A DNA stretch of 64,000 nt from Spirochaetia bacterium. GTDB taxonomy: Bacteria > Spirochaetota > Spirochaetia > SZUA-6 > Bin103. The notes under the pieces are model-generated. The model was given only the letters and a program-made list of their open reading frames with translations, was not told the DNA's origin and did not search any database. Positions 1-10,938 of the stretch are shown here, piece after piece. The stretch covers positions 128,001-192,000 of the forward strand of contig CBDAOI010000004.1 of assembly GCA_965198005.1 (NCBI GenBank). Reading direction: 5' to 3'. Within the stretch, counting starts at the first letter, position 1. Each line of letters begins with the position of its first letter. The position numbers were made by a program, and so were the translations under genes.

Positions 1-982
1 GAAAAGTACCCGCAGAACCGCTTGCCCTACGTTGACCAGCTAAGGCGACTGGTTATTCCAGAGGAAGGAACAATGATGGCGGCACTACGCTCAGGCAAGC
101 TTGATTTCAGAATGTTTGCCCCATCAGACATCGACTCGCTGGAGAGCCTGCAGCGGACCAACCCCGAAATCGGGGTGTACACGATCTATTTTCGGTCGAG
201 TGATTCTTTTGCTCCCAACCATCGCGTGCCTCCCTTTGACGACATCAACGTGCGCCGCGCCCTGCAGATGGCGCTGGACAACGAGACCGTTGCGGGTACG
301 TACTGGAAGGGTTGGGCAGATCCGACACCTCACGGGCTGGTAGGGTTGCAAGGGTATTTCATCCCCTTCGAGAAATGGGACGAAGAGGTCAAGCAATACT
401 ACCGGTATGACCCGGAAGCTGCCGAGAAGCTCCTTGATGAGGCTGGGTATCCGCGCGGTGCCGACGGCATTAGATTCAAGGCCGCCCTGAATTATACGGA
501 ATCGGCAAGCTTAGATTTTGCAGAAATAGCTTCCGCCTACTGGGCTGAGATTGGCGTCGATTTTGAGATTGCGCCGGGTTCCAGCAGCGCCGAATATACC
601 GAGAGGATAGGCTCGGGTACCCATGCACAGTCAAATTGCGGGCGCCGCTTATGCCCCTCTCCTGATGGCAAGCTGGTATCACTCGGACGGGGCATTGAAC
701 CGCGGCGGATCCCAGTGGCCTGAGATGGACGCCATGGTTGACGCCGCCCTAGCCGCTACTACCAACGAGGAGCAGAAGAGGCTGATGAAAGAGCTGGATA
801 TGTACGCGATAGAGAAGCACTGGCTGATATGGGTTCCTAAAACTCCGTTTATTCATTATGCCCAGCCGTGGGTCATAGGCTATAGCGGTGAATTTCCAAA
901 TGCTTTGGGCCAGTCAGAAACCTATACCGTCTTTGCCCGCCTCTGGATTGATAGTGAGCTGAAGGAGGCAATGGGTTATTAG
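1..982 (+). pseudogene. ABC transporter family-5 solute-binding protein, C-terminal half, frameshifted near 620; 5' end is outside the window
   Basis: ORFs 22..723 and 623..982 together match the intact paralogues (PYVDQL, PPFDDINVRRALQMALD, YDPEAAEKLLDEAGY, ARLWIDSELKEAMGY). Confidence 0.88.
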
Positions 983-991
983 AGAAAAAAG

Positions 992-1035
992 GGGAGCTGG
1001 GAGGCTGTCGCCTGCAGGCGCGCTTCCCAGCTCCC
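992..1035 (+). other. GC-rich intergenic stem-loop between the binding-protein and permease genes (homologues at 19513-19544 and 50942-50985)
   Basis: gggagctgggag...ttcccagctccc inverted repeat; no U-tract follows. Confidence 0.7.
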
Positions 1036-1065
1036 AACGAGATTGCCACGCCCCCATAATGTGAC

Positions 1066-2073
1066 ATGAGAGCCTATGTCATCAGGAGGTTATTGCTCAT
1101 AATCCCCACCTTGTTTATCTTGAGCATCCTGGTCTTTCTCTCGGTCCGCTTCATCCCCGGCGATGTAATAGACACAATGGCGGCTAGGATGGCAGAGACG
1201 GGGGCGCTGGCATTCAAGATTGACCGTGAAGCTCTTGAGCATATGCTGGGATTAGACGTGCCTGTCTACGTGCAGTATGGACGCTGGACAGGGGTGTTGC
1301 CAACCCCTGACTTTGTTACCAAGCAGTCTCACTTCAACGGTCTCCTCCAGGGCAGCCTTGGTGAATCACTGATGAGCCCTTTTACGGTAGAGGAGAAGAT
1401 AATAGGCAGATTGCCAGTAACCATTCAGCTTGGTGTCATGGCAATCGTAATTGGGCTCTTGATAGCCCTGCCGGTCGGCATCTACTCGGCGATTCGCCAG
1501 GATACCGCCGCCGACTACCTGGGCCGCTCGATCGCCGTCCTCGGCCTGGCGACGCCTAACTTCTGGCTGGCACTTATGGTCGTGCTCTACCCCGCCATCT
1601 GGTGGGGCTGGTCGCCATCGATGGAACTGATTCCTTTTGCCGAAGACCCGCTGGGGAATCTCGGGATGTTCATCATTCCCAGCTTGGTTCTGGGGACGGC
1701 CTCGGCTGCCGCCACCATGCGGATGACGCGCACCATGATGCTGGAGGTGCTCAGGCAAGACTATATCAGGACCGCCTGGGCCAAGGGTCTCAGGGAGCGG
1801 GTGGTCGTCATGCGGCACGCCGTCAAGAACGCACTCATCCCGGTAGTTACCCTGATCGGCCTGCAGTTGCCGATCCTGATAGGTGGCTCGGTCATCATGG
1901 AGAACATATTCAACCTGCCGGGGTTGGGTCGTCTCATGGTGGTTGCGCTGGTGGATCGAGACTACCCGGTGGTCTCCGGGGTCAACCTGTTCTTCGGCAC
2001 CGCGGTGGTGTTGTTCAATCTCCTGATCGACCTGCTCTATTCCTTTCTGGACCCGAGGGTGCGCTATGACTGA
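1066..2073 (+). CDS. ABC peptide/nickel transporter permease, DppB/OppB family
   Basis: YVIRRLL N-terminus, EAA-loop region QDYIRTAWAKGL, IFNLPGLG, DYPVV, LDPRVRY end. Confidence 0.93.
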   Translation: MRAYVIRRLLLIIPTLFILSILVFLSVRFIPGDVIDTMAARMAETGALAFKIDREALEHMLGLDVPVYVQYGRWTGVLPTPDFVTKQSHFNGLLQGSLGESLMSPFTVEEKIIGRLPVTIQLGVMAIVIGLLIALPVGIYSAIRQDTAADYLGRSIAVLGLATPNFWLALMVVLYPAIWWGWSPSMELIPFAEDPLGNLGMFIIPSLVLGTASAAATMRMTRTMMLEVLRQDYIRTAWAKGLRERVVVMRHAVKNALIPVVTLIGLQLPILIGGSVIMENIFNLPGLGRLMVVALVDRDYPVVSGVNLFFGTAVVLFNLLIDLLYSFLDPRVRYD

Positions 2074-2473
2074 CGCGCGGGGGCCGTTCGCCGATTTCTT
2101 CGGCAGGTTGTGGCGGGAGAAGCCCCTGGGGATCGCCAGCGGGATCGTCATCTTGATCCTGATTCTGTTGGCGATCTTTGCCGATGTTCTGGCCCCCTAT
2201 CCCTTCGATAAGCTGAACCTGGCAGAAAGGCTGCAGGGCTCATCGACTCGCCATCTCCTGGGGACCGACCAGTTGGGCCGCGACCTGTTGAGCCGGCTGC
2301 TGTTCGGGGCGCGCATCTCGTTGGTCGTTGGTCTGGCGGCGACCACGCTGAACGTGGTGGTCGATCGTGGTGTACAGTTTCAACATGTTGGGTGATGCCA
2401 TGCGGGACTTACTCGACCCTAGGCTCGGGGGTGGTGGCGGTCGTCTGGCTGCCGGCGGCGCCACGTTGGTCTA
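2066..2473 (+). pseudogene. DppC/OppC-family permease with large internal deletion
   Basis: N-terminus (HLLGTDQLGRDLLSRLLFGARISL) joined near 2365 directly to the C-terminal region (IVVYSFNMLGDAMRDLLDPRL); compare intact copy 20594..21490. Confidence 0.88.
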
Positions 2474-2636
2474 AGAGAGCCATGGTCTCGTCGCGCTCGC
2501 TTACCCCGCCGCCGCCATCCTTCAGCTTCGAAACCTATGACGCCGAGCGGGAGCCGGAGCGGACGGACGATTCTGCGCGCCTCTCGATGCGGTTCACACC
2601 GTGCGACGCCGTCGGTTGACCGGCAGGCGCCCAGAT

Positions 2637-3285
2637 TCAGGACAGTCCCTTGTGCCGCCGCACGTTGAGCGCCTTCCACTCGAGCAGCGGCTGGGCCTGA
2701 ATGCGTTCCCGCAGGGTCGTGTCAGACGTCAAGATCGACGCGTCGACTTCCCCTCGGTCCAGCAGCAGGTCCAGGAATGCGCGCTCGGCGTCGGTGAACG
2801 GTAGCACGATGGACAGCGCCCTCCTGCACTCTTCAACAAGACGCGCTCCGTACTCCGCCAATGCCTCCGGTTCTCGCGGTTGGCGGGTGCGAAGAGCGGG
2901 GCCGAGTTGCCTCGCCAATTCCGCGCTGTCGAAGTCCACATCGTCGACCGAGACGGTCCGCCAATCCTTGCGGTTCATGCCCCCGTAGGCAACGAAGGCG
3001 ATGCGGAGCCTGGGCCGCCTGCTCGATCTTGGGACGGTCCGCCAGCATGTCCTCGCGCTCCAGCGCGCCGATGTAGTTGAGATCGATGTCTACGGACAGC
3101 CTCGGATGGCGGAGGACGAACAGGTTCAAGGCGGTGCCGCCCTTAAGGACCCACTTGCCTCTCAGCGAAGGGTGGGAGTTCAGGACGTTCAGGAGATGCA
3201 CCAGATGGAGGACCTTCTCGACCGCACCCTCGTCGAATCCGTCGGGTCTGGATAGGGGCAGGATTTCCGCCGTGGAGAATCTCAC
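2637..3285 (-). pseudogene. AbiEii/AbiGii-type nucleotidyltransferase toxin, internally deleted and frameshifted
   Basis: LKGGTALNLF...RLSVDIDLNY motif in ORF 2833..3567; C-terminal part in ORF 2637..2978. Confidence 0.8.
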
Positions 3286-4016
3286 AGCACCTCCCCCCAG
3301 GACCGACTCAGGATTTCGGCCGGGATCATGAGATTCCAGCCTTTGACCCACTGGCAGCCTTTGCGCCTGCCCCGCGTCAGATAGTGGGGCTGCTGCGGGC
3401 GGAGCTCGCGCAGCGCATCGAGATGCGCTTCTTCCACCATCAACGGCTCCCGGTGCTGCTCGAGGAAGAACCCCACCTTTGCGGCGGTGGTCGCATTCTC
3501 CAACAGGCGGGTATACTCGACGACCTGATCCAGGATGAAGAACTCCACCGACTCCAAAGAGCGCCATATCTCTTCCCAGCTACCGGTCAGGTCGGGGCGG
3601 TCCAGCACATCGACCAGGGTTCGTTCGTGGTTGGTCACTCGGAGTTGCACCCCTGAGCGATTGTGGCCGGTGACACCGAACATTTCCTGGCCCCTCGCCA
3701 GCAGCGGTGGTGGCATGGGCGCGCCTCGGAACTCATGCAATTGGAAGGTGAGCGGAAGCGACTTGCTCGCCGACACGTAGACAGTCTCCAATGGACCGAG
3801 TACGCCCTGCCGTGGAATTCCAGTGCCGTGTGGTAGGCTAACACCGCGTCCTCGGTCATCTTGGCCGCCACCAGATACGGATCGACCGTCATGGAGGCCG
3901 GGTCCATGCCCCAGGTCGGACAGAAAGCGGTCCAGCTCGTCCACCGTGAACACGGCGTGCCGCTCCAGAAAGTGGTTGAGCCTCACGGGGCCGTTCGTTT
4001 GATGATCAGTCGACAT
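3282..4016 (-). pseudogene. AbiEi-type antitoxin/transcriptional regulator (type IV TA) with compensating frameshifts
   Basis: RVTNHERTLVDVLDRPDLTGSWEE motif; the YHTALEFHG motif lies in another frame (3635..3907); GTGA overlap with the toxin gene. Confidence 0.78.
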
Positions 4017-4059
4017 AGTGGCATTTTATTTAGCATTGTCCAGTCGTCAGGTTAGACTG

Positions 4060-5503
4060 TCCCCCCGAACCGACGGAGACCCATGGACGCCCCTCCTACA
4101 AACGCCTGCTCAAGCACAAACGCATCGTCAAGGACCTGCTCAGCGGGTTCATCGCCCCGCACCGCGCCCCGGGGTGGGCCGACGCGCTTAACCTCGCCAC
4201 CCTCCGCGAAGGCCCCACCGAGGAGATCACCGACGAGCTGCGCCGCCGGCTCGGTGACGTGGTCTGGTCGATCGACCGGCGCGATGGCCACGGCGGCGTG
4301 CAGCGCCACCTGAGTGACAACACGCTCATGTTGTATGACCTTACCTCCAGCTATTTCGAGGGACACACCTGTCCGTTGGCGCAGCGCGGTCACAGCCGCG
4401 ACGGCAAGCGCGGCACCTTGCAGATCGTGTTCGGGCTGCTGTGCACGGCAGCCGGCTGTCCGGTGGCGGTCGAGGTGTTCGAGGGCTCGACCAGCGACCC
4501 GAAGACGGTCGCCGCGCAGGTGGACAAGATTCGCAGGCGCTTCGGGTTGCAGCGGGTGGTGCTGGTGGGCGACCGCGGCATGCTCACTGGCGCGCGCATC
4601 CGGGAGGATCTGCAGGGAATCGACGGGCTGCGCTGGATCACGACCTTGCGCGCGCCCACCATCCGCAAGCTGATCGCGGCCGGGAGCGTGACGCCGACGT
4701 TGTTCGACGAACGTGACTTGGCGGAGATCAGCAGTCCCGACTTTCCCGGCGAACGGCTGGTCGTGTGCCGCAACCCGGTGTTGGCCGAGCAACGGCGGCG
4801 CAAGCGGCTGGAGTTGTTGGCCGCCACCGAAGATCACCGAGATCACCGAGACCTCATTCACGTTTGTGCGTGACCAGGAGAAGATCGCGGCCGAAGAAGA
4901 ACTCGATGGGCGGTACATCGTGCGCTCCAACGTCGAGCCCGAGCTGTTCGACGCCGATCAGACGGTGCGGGCGTACAAGGACCTGTCCAAGGTGGAGCGC
5001 GCGTTCCGGAGTATGAAGACGGTGGATCTGAAGGTGCGTCCGATCTACCATCGGCGGGCTGAGCGGGTACGGGCGCACGTGCTGTTGTGTATGCTGGCCT
5101 ACTACGTGGAGTGGCACATGCGCGGCACCTTGGCGCCGGTGCTGTTCGATGACCACGATCCGGAGGCGGGGGAACGGCAACGGTCGTCGGTGGTGCGCCC
5201 GGCGGTGCGGTCGCCGGCGGCACAGGCGAAAGCGTCCAGCAAGCGCACCGCAGATGATCTGCCGGTGCACAGTTTTCGTGGGCTGATCAGCGTGTTAGGC
5301 ACGCTGACAGCGAACACAATGCAGGTTGCAGAGGGTGGCGGCGCCTTCCAGTTACTGACGCAGCCGACGCCCGTGCAGCAGCGCTGCTTCGAACTACTGG
5401 GGATCACGCCTCGGATGTAGCCACGCACGGCACCGGAGAAATTGCACGTAACTATATGTTATCACGCAACTTACCTAACAATCATCCTCTGGAACTTCGG
5501 ATT
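4060..5503 (+). mobile_element. IS1634-family DDE transposase element, decayed (5' deleted, internal deletion, frameshift)
   Basis: LYDLTSSYFEG, GHSRDGK, VGDRGM, YKDLSKVERAFRSMK, RPIYH, RVRAHV motifs split over ORFs 4259..4873 and 4713..5420; element ends not firmly located. Confidence 0.85.
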
Positions 5504-5505
5504 GA

Positions 5506-5875
5506 GTACTGCGAGACGTACGCGTCCAGCAGCGGGCGGGGGTCGGCGGCGTTATAGCCAGTGAACGGCGTCGAGTAGGACCGGCACCTTCTGCACCTCG
5601 TCCACCACGATGAGGGGGCTGCCGTGGCGGCGCTGTTCCTCGATTAGGAGCTCCGGATTCTGCAAGTAGCGCCGGTAGACGTCGGGGCGCAGCAGATCCA
5701 GGCGCGGCGCAGCCGGAAACTCCTGCGTCAAGAGGTGCTCTTGCCGGCCTGGCGCGGCCCCCAGAGGAAGAATGTCTCGTCGGTCCGCTCGCCGAGACTC
5801 AACATTCGCGTGTATTTCTGCACCACTACTTGAATATTACATGCGAAATGGAAAGAGGCAAATTGAAGAGCACGA
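5506..5875 (-). pseudogene. Partial, internally deleted duplicate of the 5' part and upstream region of the AAA ATPase gene at 6564..7718
   Basis: Near-identical to ~7212-7263 joined to ~7449-7765. Confidence 0.85.
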
Positions 5876-6323
5876 TGTCGCGATCTGTGAGTCCACCACC
5901 ACGTGCTGGGTCTCGCAGCAGGCTTCGCAACGAGTCCGCCGCCATCCTGCGCGGGATGCTGGATACCTCAGTCGTTGTCTAGCTGCGGCGCTGGCGTTCG
6001 GCGCTCAAGGCGTGTGCCGAGCGCATAACCGTGCGTTGCCACGTCCTGAAGATAGATCGGTGTCCCCGGTTAGGAGTGCGCCTGCTTGCGATGTTTCCGG
6101 ATCACCGGCGCCAAAGCTCGAAGAGCTTCATTCACAGCCGTTCCGTCGGTGAAGACGTCGATCCGACGAACCATTACCAGACCCTTCATTCTTCTTCATA
6201 TTGCCGCCGCTCCTTACGTGTTGCCCGTCGCGCCGAAATCAACCGTGTCCGTGGTGGTCGCTCCGCGAAAGCTACCACCAAGAGCCGGCGCCGATTCGAC
6301 ATACCGAGGACAATGTACCGTTG

Positions 6324-6485
6324 CTATGTCTCGGCAATCGGTGGCAGGCGCCGGATCGCACGGACCACCCCGGTGTCAAAGAAATAGAACTTCGCCGTCT
6401 CTAGCGCCTTGCGCCTGCTCGTTCGCGCGAACGCCGGCAGCTCGAAGCCGAGCAACGTGTCGTACAGCACCGAATCGAGGAATCC
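6324..6485 (-). pseudogene. Fragment of another AAA_14/DUF4143-type ATPase
   Basis: LYDTLLGFELPAF...KFYFFDTGV parallels LEDTLLGRYLPAY...KFFFLDVGV of the neighbouring gene. Confidence 0.65.
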
Positions 6486-6563
6486 ATGGGATTTCGGCAG
6501 CAGACATGGCACTTATCATGATAATCGCTATCGGGCCGGCCGCAAGTCGGCCTCACCGCCTGC

Positions 6564-7718
6564 TCAGAAGAACGCGCCTCGCCACAGCTGCGCCACGAAG
6601 GTGGAGTAGTGCAGCAGCTCGATGCCATCCTCGCTGGTGCGGTCGTGGGGGTCCAGCGAGACCAGCAGCCGCCTCTTGGTCTCGGGGTGATCGATCGCGA
6701 GCTCACGCAGCCCGTTGGCGTGATCGGCTCGCACCCGGCTGCTGGCCTTGGCCTCGATGGCACAATCGATGTGGTTGACCACGAAGTCGACCTCGATGCC
6801 GGAGCTCAATCGCCAATAGAAGAAGTCGGCGTAGCGGGAGCGGTAGGAGTTGTAGCAGCACAGCTCGTGGAACACCCAGTTCTCGAATGCCTTGCCGGCC
6901 AGCTCGCTGCCGACCTGGATGCTGCCCCGCTTGGCAAGGAAGTTGACCACCCCGACATCGAGGAAGAAGAATTTCGGCGCCGCCACGGTTCGTCGTTTCG
7001 GTCGGCGACGGTAGGCAGGAAGGTAGCGCCCCAGCAGAGTGTCCTCGAGTATCTGGAAGTAGGCCTTGACGGTCTGGCTGCTGACGCCGGTGTCGCGGGC
7101 GATGGTGCTGTAGTTGACGACCTCGGCGTCGGCCAGCGCCGCCAGAGTCAGGAACTCGGCGTAGGCCGGCAGTCGCCGCGCCAGTCCCTCGGCGGCGATC
7201 TCTTCCTTGAGATACTGCGAGACATAGGCATCCAGCAGGGGGCGGGGGTCGGCGGCGTTATAGATCCGTGGGAGATAGCCGTGGTTCAACAGACGCAGCA
7301 AATCCAGATCCGCGCCGATCTCGGCCGCCGCCAGACCGTAGAGCTCGCGTCGGGTGGCGCGGCCGCCCAGCAGGTTGGCGTGCCCGCGCCGCACCTTGCG
7401 CGCACTGGATCCGCACAGCGCGAAGTTGACGCCGCGGTTCTCCATGAGCCAGTGAACGGCGTCGAGTAGGACCGGCACCTTCTGCACCTCGTCCACCACG
7501 ATGAAGGGGCTGCCGTGGCGGCGCTGTTCCTCGATTAGGAGCTCCGGATTCTGCAAGTAGCGCCGGTAGACGTCGGGGCGCAGCAGATCCAGGCGCGGCG
7601 CAGCCGGAAACTCCTGCGTCAAGAGGGTGCTCTTGCCGGCCTGGCGCGGCCCCCAGAGGAAGAATGTCTCGTCGGTCCGCTCGCCGAGACTCAACATTCG
7701 CGTGTATTTCTGCACCAC
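6564..7718 (-). CDS. AAA+ ATPase with C-terminal DUF4143 (PD-(D/E)xK-like) domain
   Basis: Walker A GPRQAGKS, Walker B IVVDEVQK, GSSARK, FENWV, EVDFVV...IEAK. Confidence 0.9.
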   Translation of the reverse strand: MVQKYTRMLSLGERTDETFFLWGPRQAGKSTLLTQEFPAAPRLDLLRPDVYRRYLQNPELLIEEQRRHGSPFIVVDEVQKVPVLLDAVHWLMENRGVNFALCGSSARKVRRGHANLLGGRATRRELYGLAAAEIGADLDLLRLLNHGYLPRIYNAADPRPLLDAYVSQYLKEEIAAEGLARRLPAYAEFLTLAALADAEVVNYSTIARDTGVSSQTVKAYFQILEDTLLGRYLPAYRRRPKRRTVAAPKFFFLDVGVVNFLAKRGSIQVGSELAGKAFENWVFHELCCYNSYRSRYADFFYWRLSSGIEVDFVVNHIDCAIEAKASSRVRADHANGLRELAIDHPETKRRLLVSLDPHDRTSEDGIELLHYSTFVAQLWRGAFF

Positions 7719-7791
7719 TACTTGAATATTACATGCGAAACAGAAAGAGGCAAATTGAAGATCACGACATCGGCGTGGTCAGACCGTTTCT

Positions 7792-8388
7792 TCACGAATC
7801 TGGCCGAGCCACCGTTGCAGGATGGTGGCTACGGTGTGCGCAATGCGCCACGTTCGGATGCGAGCGGTAACGCAGAGACAGCTCCGTAACGAGTTCGGCG
7901 CCTGTGCACCGTCCCTGCACCGCCGGCGCGTGGTTCTGGACCAGACGAGGCCTGCTGTCCAGCGTGCCCAAGCCGCCAAGTCGTGCTGCGCGTGCCGCCC
8001 CGGGGCCTGATTGGGGCCATGCGCCCGGTGTGGGCGCCGCGACGGCGCCCAAGACCGCCGCCCGGGGGTATATCGCAGTGACCCTGTTCGACAGAATGTT
8101 GCGCAGGGAGTCAATACGTGGAAACAAGCTTCCGGACACCACCGCCCCGAACCGTGGTGCGCTGTCGTTGACGAAGTCGATTTTGAGCGTCGTTTGCTGT
8201 TGCGTGACCAGCACGCCGGCGTACTGATCGTTGCGGAGATCGTCGGAATACCGGAACGCGAAGAAATGCCTATGAAGTGCGGTACCACCGGTCAGATAGA
8301 ACGGTGCTTCGCAGGCGGCGAGCGTGCTCAGCACTCCATTCTGCAGGGGGTACAGGATCTCCTCGTAATAGGCGTCGGATTCGTGCAT
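7792..8388 (-). pseudogene. AbiEii-like nucleotidyltransferase, internally deleted, C-terminus lost
   Basis: FYLTGGTALHRHFFAFRYSDDL and KIDFVND motifs; sequence after ~8060 looks non-homologous. Confidence 0.75.
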
Positions 8389-8690
8389 AGCGTTCTCGCA
8401 AGGACGCGGGCCAAAGTCGCGCGATCGTCTCCGCGGTCAACAACGTCCTGACTTCATCGAATGTCAGCGCTGTTACGATACGCTGCCACGGCAGCGCCTG
8501 CAGCATGCGCGCGAACAGAGCCGGTCTGTCGAGGTGGCCGATACTCTCGCGGCGTCCGCGCAGTACGTCCGCCACATCTTCAGGACGGTAGCGGTAGTCC
8601 CACACGATTGTTCTTGCGATGCGGCTCAGTTCATGGTCGTCTTCGCCCCCCCGGCGCCTCGCCGCGCACTCAAGTCGCGTGGTGCCGTGG
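8270..8690 (-). CDS. Small hypothetical protein, probable antitoxin partner of the AbiEii-like gene; start uncertain
   Basis: IVWDY...LFARMLQALPW...LLTAETIARLWP in the 3' part of ORF 8270..8980; lies immediately upstream of and overlaps the nucleotidyltransferase. Confidence 0.5.
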
Positions 8691-8724
8691 GTGTGCGCAC
8701 ACCTGTACGGCGCGATCAGCCGGA

Positions 8725-8845
8725 GTTCTTCGCTACCGGGGTGGTGCTGATCAATCTGCTCATCGACCTGATCTACGCTGTCCTGTACCCCAGGGTCCGC
8801 TTTGACTGAATTCCTTAGCAGGCTGGTCAAGGAGAAGCCACTCAA
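8725..8845 (+). pseudogene. Remnant of a dppB 3' end / dppC 5' start junction
   Basis: FFATGVVLINLLIDLIYAVLYPRVRFD followed by FLSRLVKEKPL. Confidence 0.75.
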
Positions 8846-8978
8846 GGCACTGAAGGCCGGCGACAAGGCTTGGCCCCGGCCCGCACCCCGGCTGTGCGGC
8901 AACGCCCGGCAAAGGCGCGCAACGCGCCGGGCGCCTTGTGGTTCACGCTGGATAGTGCCTATAGTCACTAACCAAACC

Positions 8979-9668
8979 ATGACTGTTTCCGGGATGGACG
9001 CGGTGTTCGCGGCGGCGGCACGGCTGCAGGAGTTGGTGCCGGACGCCGTGCTGGTCGGGGGCTCGGCGGCTGCCTACCACGCCGGGCATCGCGTGTCGCT
9101 GGATGACGATCACGTCGTTGCCGACCTGCGCGCGCGGTTCAACGACATCCTCGCCGCCCTGGAGGATACCGACGGCTGGGTGACCGCGCGCGTCCAACGG
9201 CCGGTGCTCATTCTGGGACGTCTCGACGGGGTCGAAACGGGGATTCGGAATCTGATCCGCCGCGTGCCGCTCGAGGTAGAGCTGGCAGCGGTCGGTGAGC
9301 GGGAACTGCGTGTTCCCACGCTGCCGGAGATCGCGCGCATCAAGGCTTGGCTATGCCTGATGCGCAACGCCACGCGCGACTACCTCGACTTCGCCGCGCT
9401 CGCCGAGCGGCTCGGTGAGCGGGCGACGGCGGCAGTGGTCGCCGCGCTCGACCGCTACTACGCGGATCAGATTGGCGCGGGGGGACGGCGGGTCGCAACG
9501 CAGGTGGCGCGGCAGTTGGCTGAGCCGCTTCCTGACGACCTCTCGGAGGTGGACCTGGTAGCGTACCGCCGGCTGGATTGCCGCTGGCACGACTGGCAGA
9601 CGGTGGTCGATGCGTGCCGCCGGGTTGCCGTGCGCGTGTTGGACGAACTGGTGGAGGGGCCGCCATGA
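8979..9668 (+). CDS. Putative nucleotidyltransferase-fold protein (AbiEii/MenT-like)
   Basis: VLVGGSAA...HRVSLDDDH, RIKAWL...RNATRDYLD motifs. Confidence 0.65.
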   Translation: MTVSGMDAVFAAAARLQELVPDAVLVGGSAAAYHAGHRVSLDDDHVVADLRARFNDILAALEDTDGWVTARVQRPVLILGRLDGVETGIRNLIRRVPLEVELAAVGERELRVPTLPEIARIKAWLCLMRNATRDYLDFAALAERLGERATAAVVAALDRYYADQIGAGGRRVATQVARQLAEPLPDDLSEVDLVAYRRLDCRWHDWQTVVDACRRVAVRVLDELVEGPP

Positions 9669-9946
9669 TCCACCGCCACGTTCACGCCTCTCCCGATACG
9701 CCGCTGGAAAGCCAACCGCTTGCGGTCGTGGTCGACCTGCTGCAGCGGGGAGACCTGGACGATTGGGGCCCCATCGCACGCGCGATTCTGCGTGATCCCC
9801 GGGGTGCATTTGCCGACACCGTGCTGCGGCTGATCGACGCGTACCCGATGTACGGGACCTCTGCGCTGTGGCGCGGGTGGATCGACCGGTGTCGATATAG
9901 TCGTTACATGACGCCCACATCCTACCGGCGGCCGGCGCCGAAGTGA
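9665..9946 (+). CDS. Small hypothetical protein coupled to the nucleotidyltransferase-like gene (possible antitoxin)
   Basis: ATGA start/stop overlap; LLQRGDLDDW motif. Confidence 0.6.
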   Translation: MIHRHVHASPDTPLESQPLAVVVDLLQRGDLDDWGPIARAILRDPRGAFADTVLRLIDAYPMYGTSALWRGWIDRCRYSRYMTPTSYRRPAPK

Positions 9947-10114
9947 TTTATGCCTCGGCAACCTACTCGACGGCCATGCTGGAAATGCTCGCGCACTGGA
10001 ACGGCGCACCGCCGCCGAACCAGGTCTCCGCGCTTCAGCGCTCCCTCGCTGGGTACGCTGCATGACTCGGCGCCGCCGTGGGTCGCTAACCCTGCCGGTC
10101 TTTTTCCGGCGCAC

Positions 10115-10262
10115 AGGAGGTGCAAATTGATACTCAAAGAACCGCACGCGCGCGCGGTGTGAGCCCGGGTTAACCCGGTGAGTCGCACGCCGCGCGCGTC
10201 ACACATTTGACTCTGACTGGCCGCCTGGGTTGCGGGCGCGAGAGTAGCCAGAAAGCGGTCGG
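10115..10262 (+). promoter_or_regulatory. Leader class I, copy A: RBS, short ORF (TTG)ILKEPHARAV and structured RNA; 3' end lost by deletion
   Basis: Homologous to 48918-49082 and 63117-63283. Confidence 0.7.
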
Positions 10263-10938
10263 CACCGGAGCTTGGGTGCTGACTGACTTGTCGAGGGCAG
10301 CTCTCTAACCCTTACCAGGAATCCAAACTACTGGAGCGACGACGAGAAATACCCGGGGAACCGGTTGCCATATGTTGACGAATTGAGGGTCAAGGTCATG
10401 CCGGAACCAGCAACACGTATTGCGGCACTGCGCACGGGTAAGATCGATTACGCCGGCGCCCCGCTCTCCTATCCTCCGGCGCTCAACAGTATCGACAAGG
10501 TGGAGAGCCTGCAGCGGACCAACCCCGAAGTCGTGATATGGGAACATATGGTACGGACGAACTAAGAGGTCAAGCAATACTACCGATATGACCCGGAAGC
10601 TCCCGAGAAGCTCCTTGATGAGGCTGGATACCCTCGAGGCGCCGCCGGCACTAGATTCAAGACCGTCTTGAATATCGGGCCTTTTGCAAGCTTGGACTTT
10701 GCCGAAATCGCTGCCGCCTACTGGGCTGAGATTCGTGTCGATGTTAAGATTGATCTACTTGACGCCGCCGAATTCAACACAAGGATGCACTCGCGTGATT
10801 TGGAAGGCATGGCCGGTTCCATTGCGGGCAGCCTCGACAACCCTGTCGCGAATTTTGACAATTTTCACTCGGATTCAGAGGAGAACCGCGGCGGAGTCCA
10901 GGACCCTGAGTATGACGCCATGGTTGACGCCGCCCTAT
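10262..10938 (+). pseudogene. Solute-binding protein remnant with several deletions
   Basis: PYVDELRVKVMPEPATRIAALR, FAEIAAAYWAEI and DPEYDAMVDAAL segments in different frames. Confidence 0.85.
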
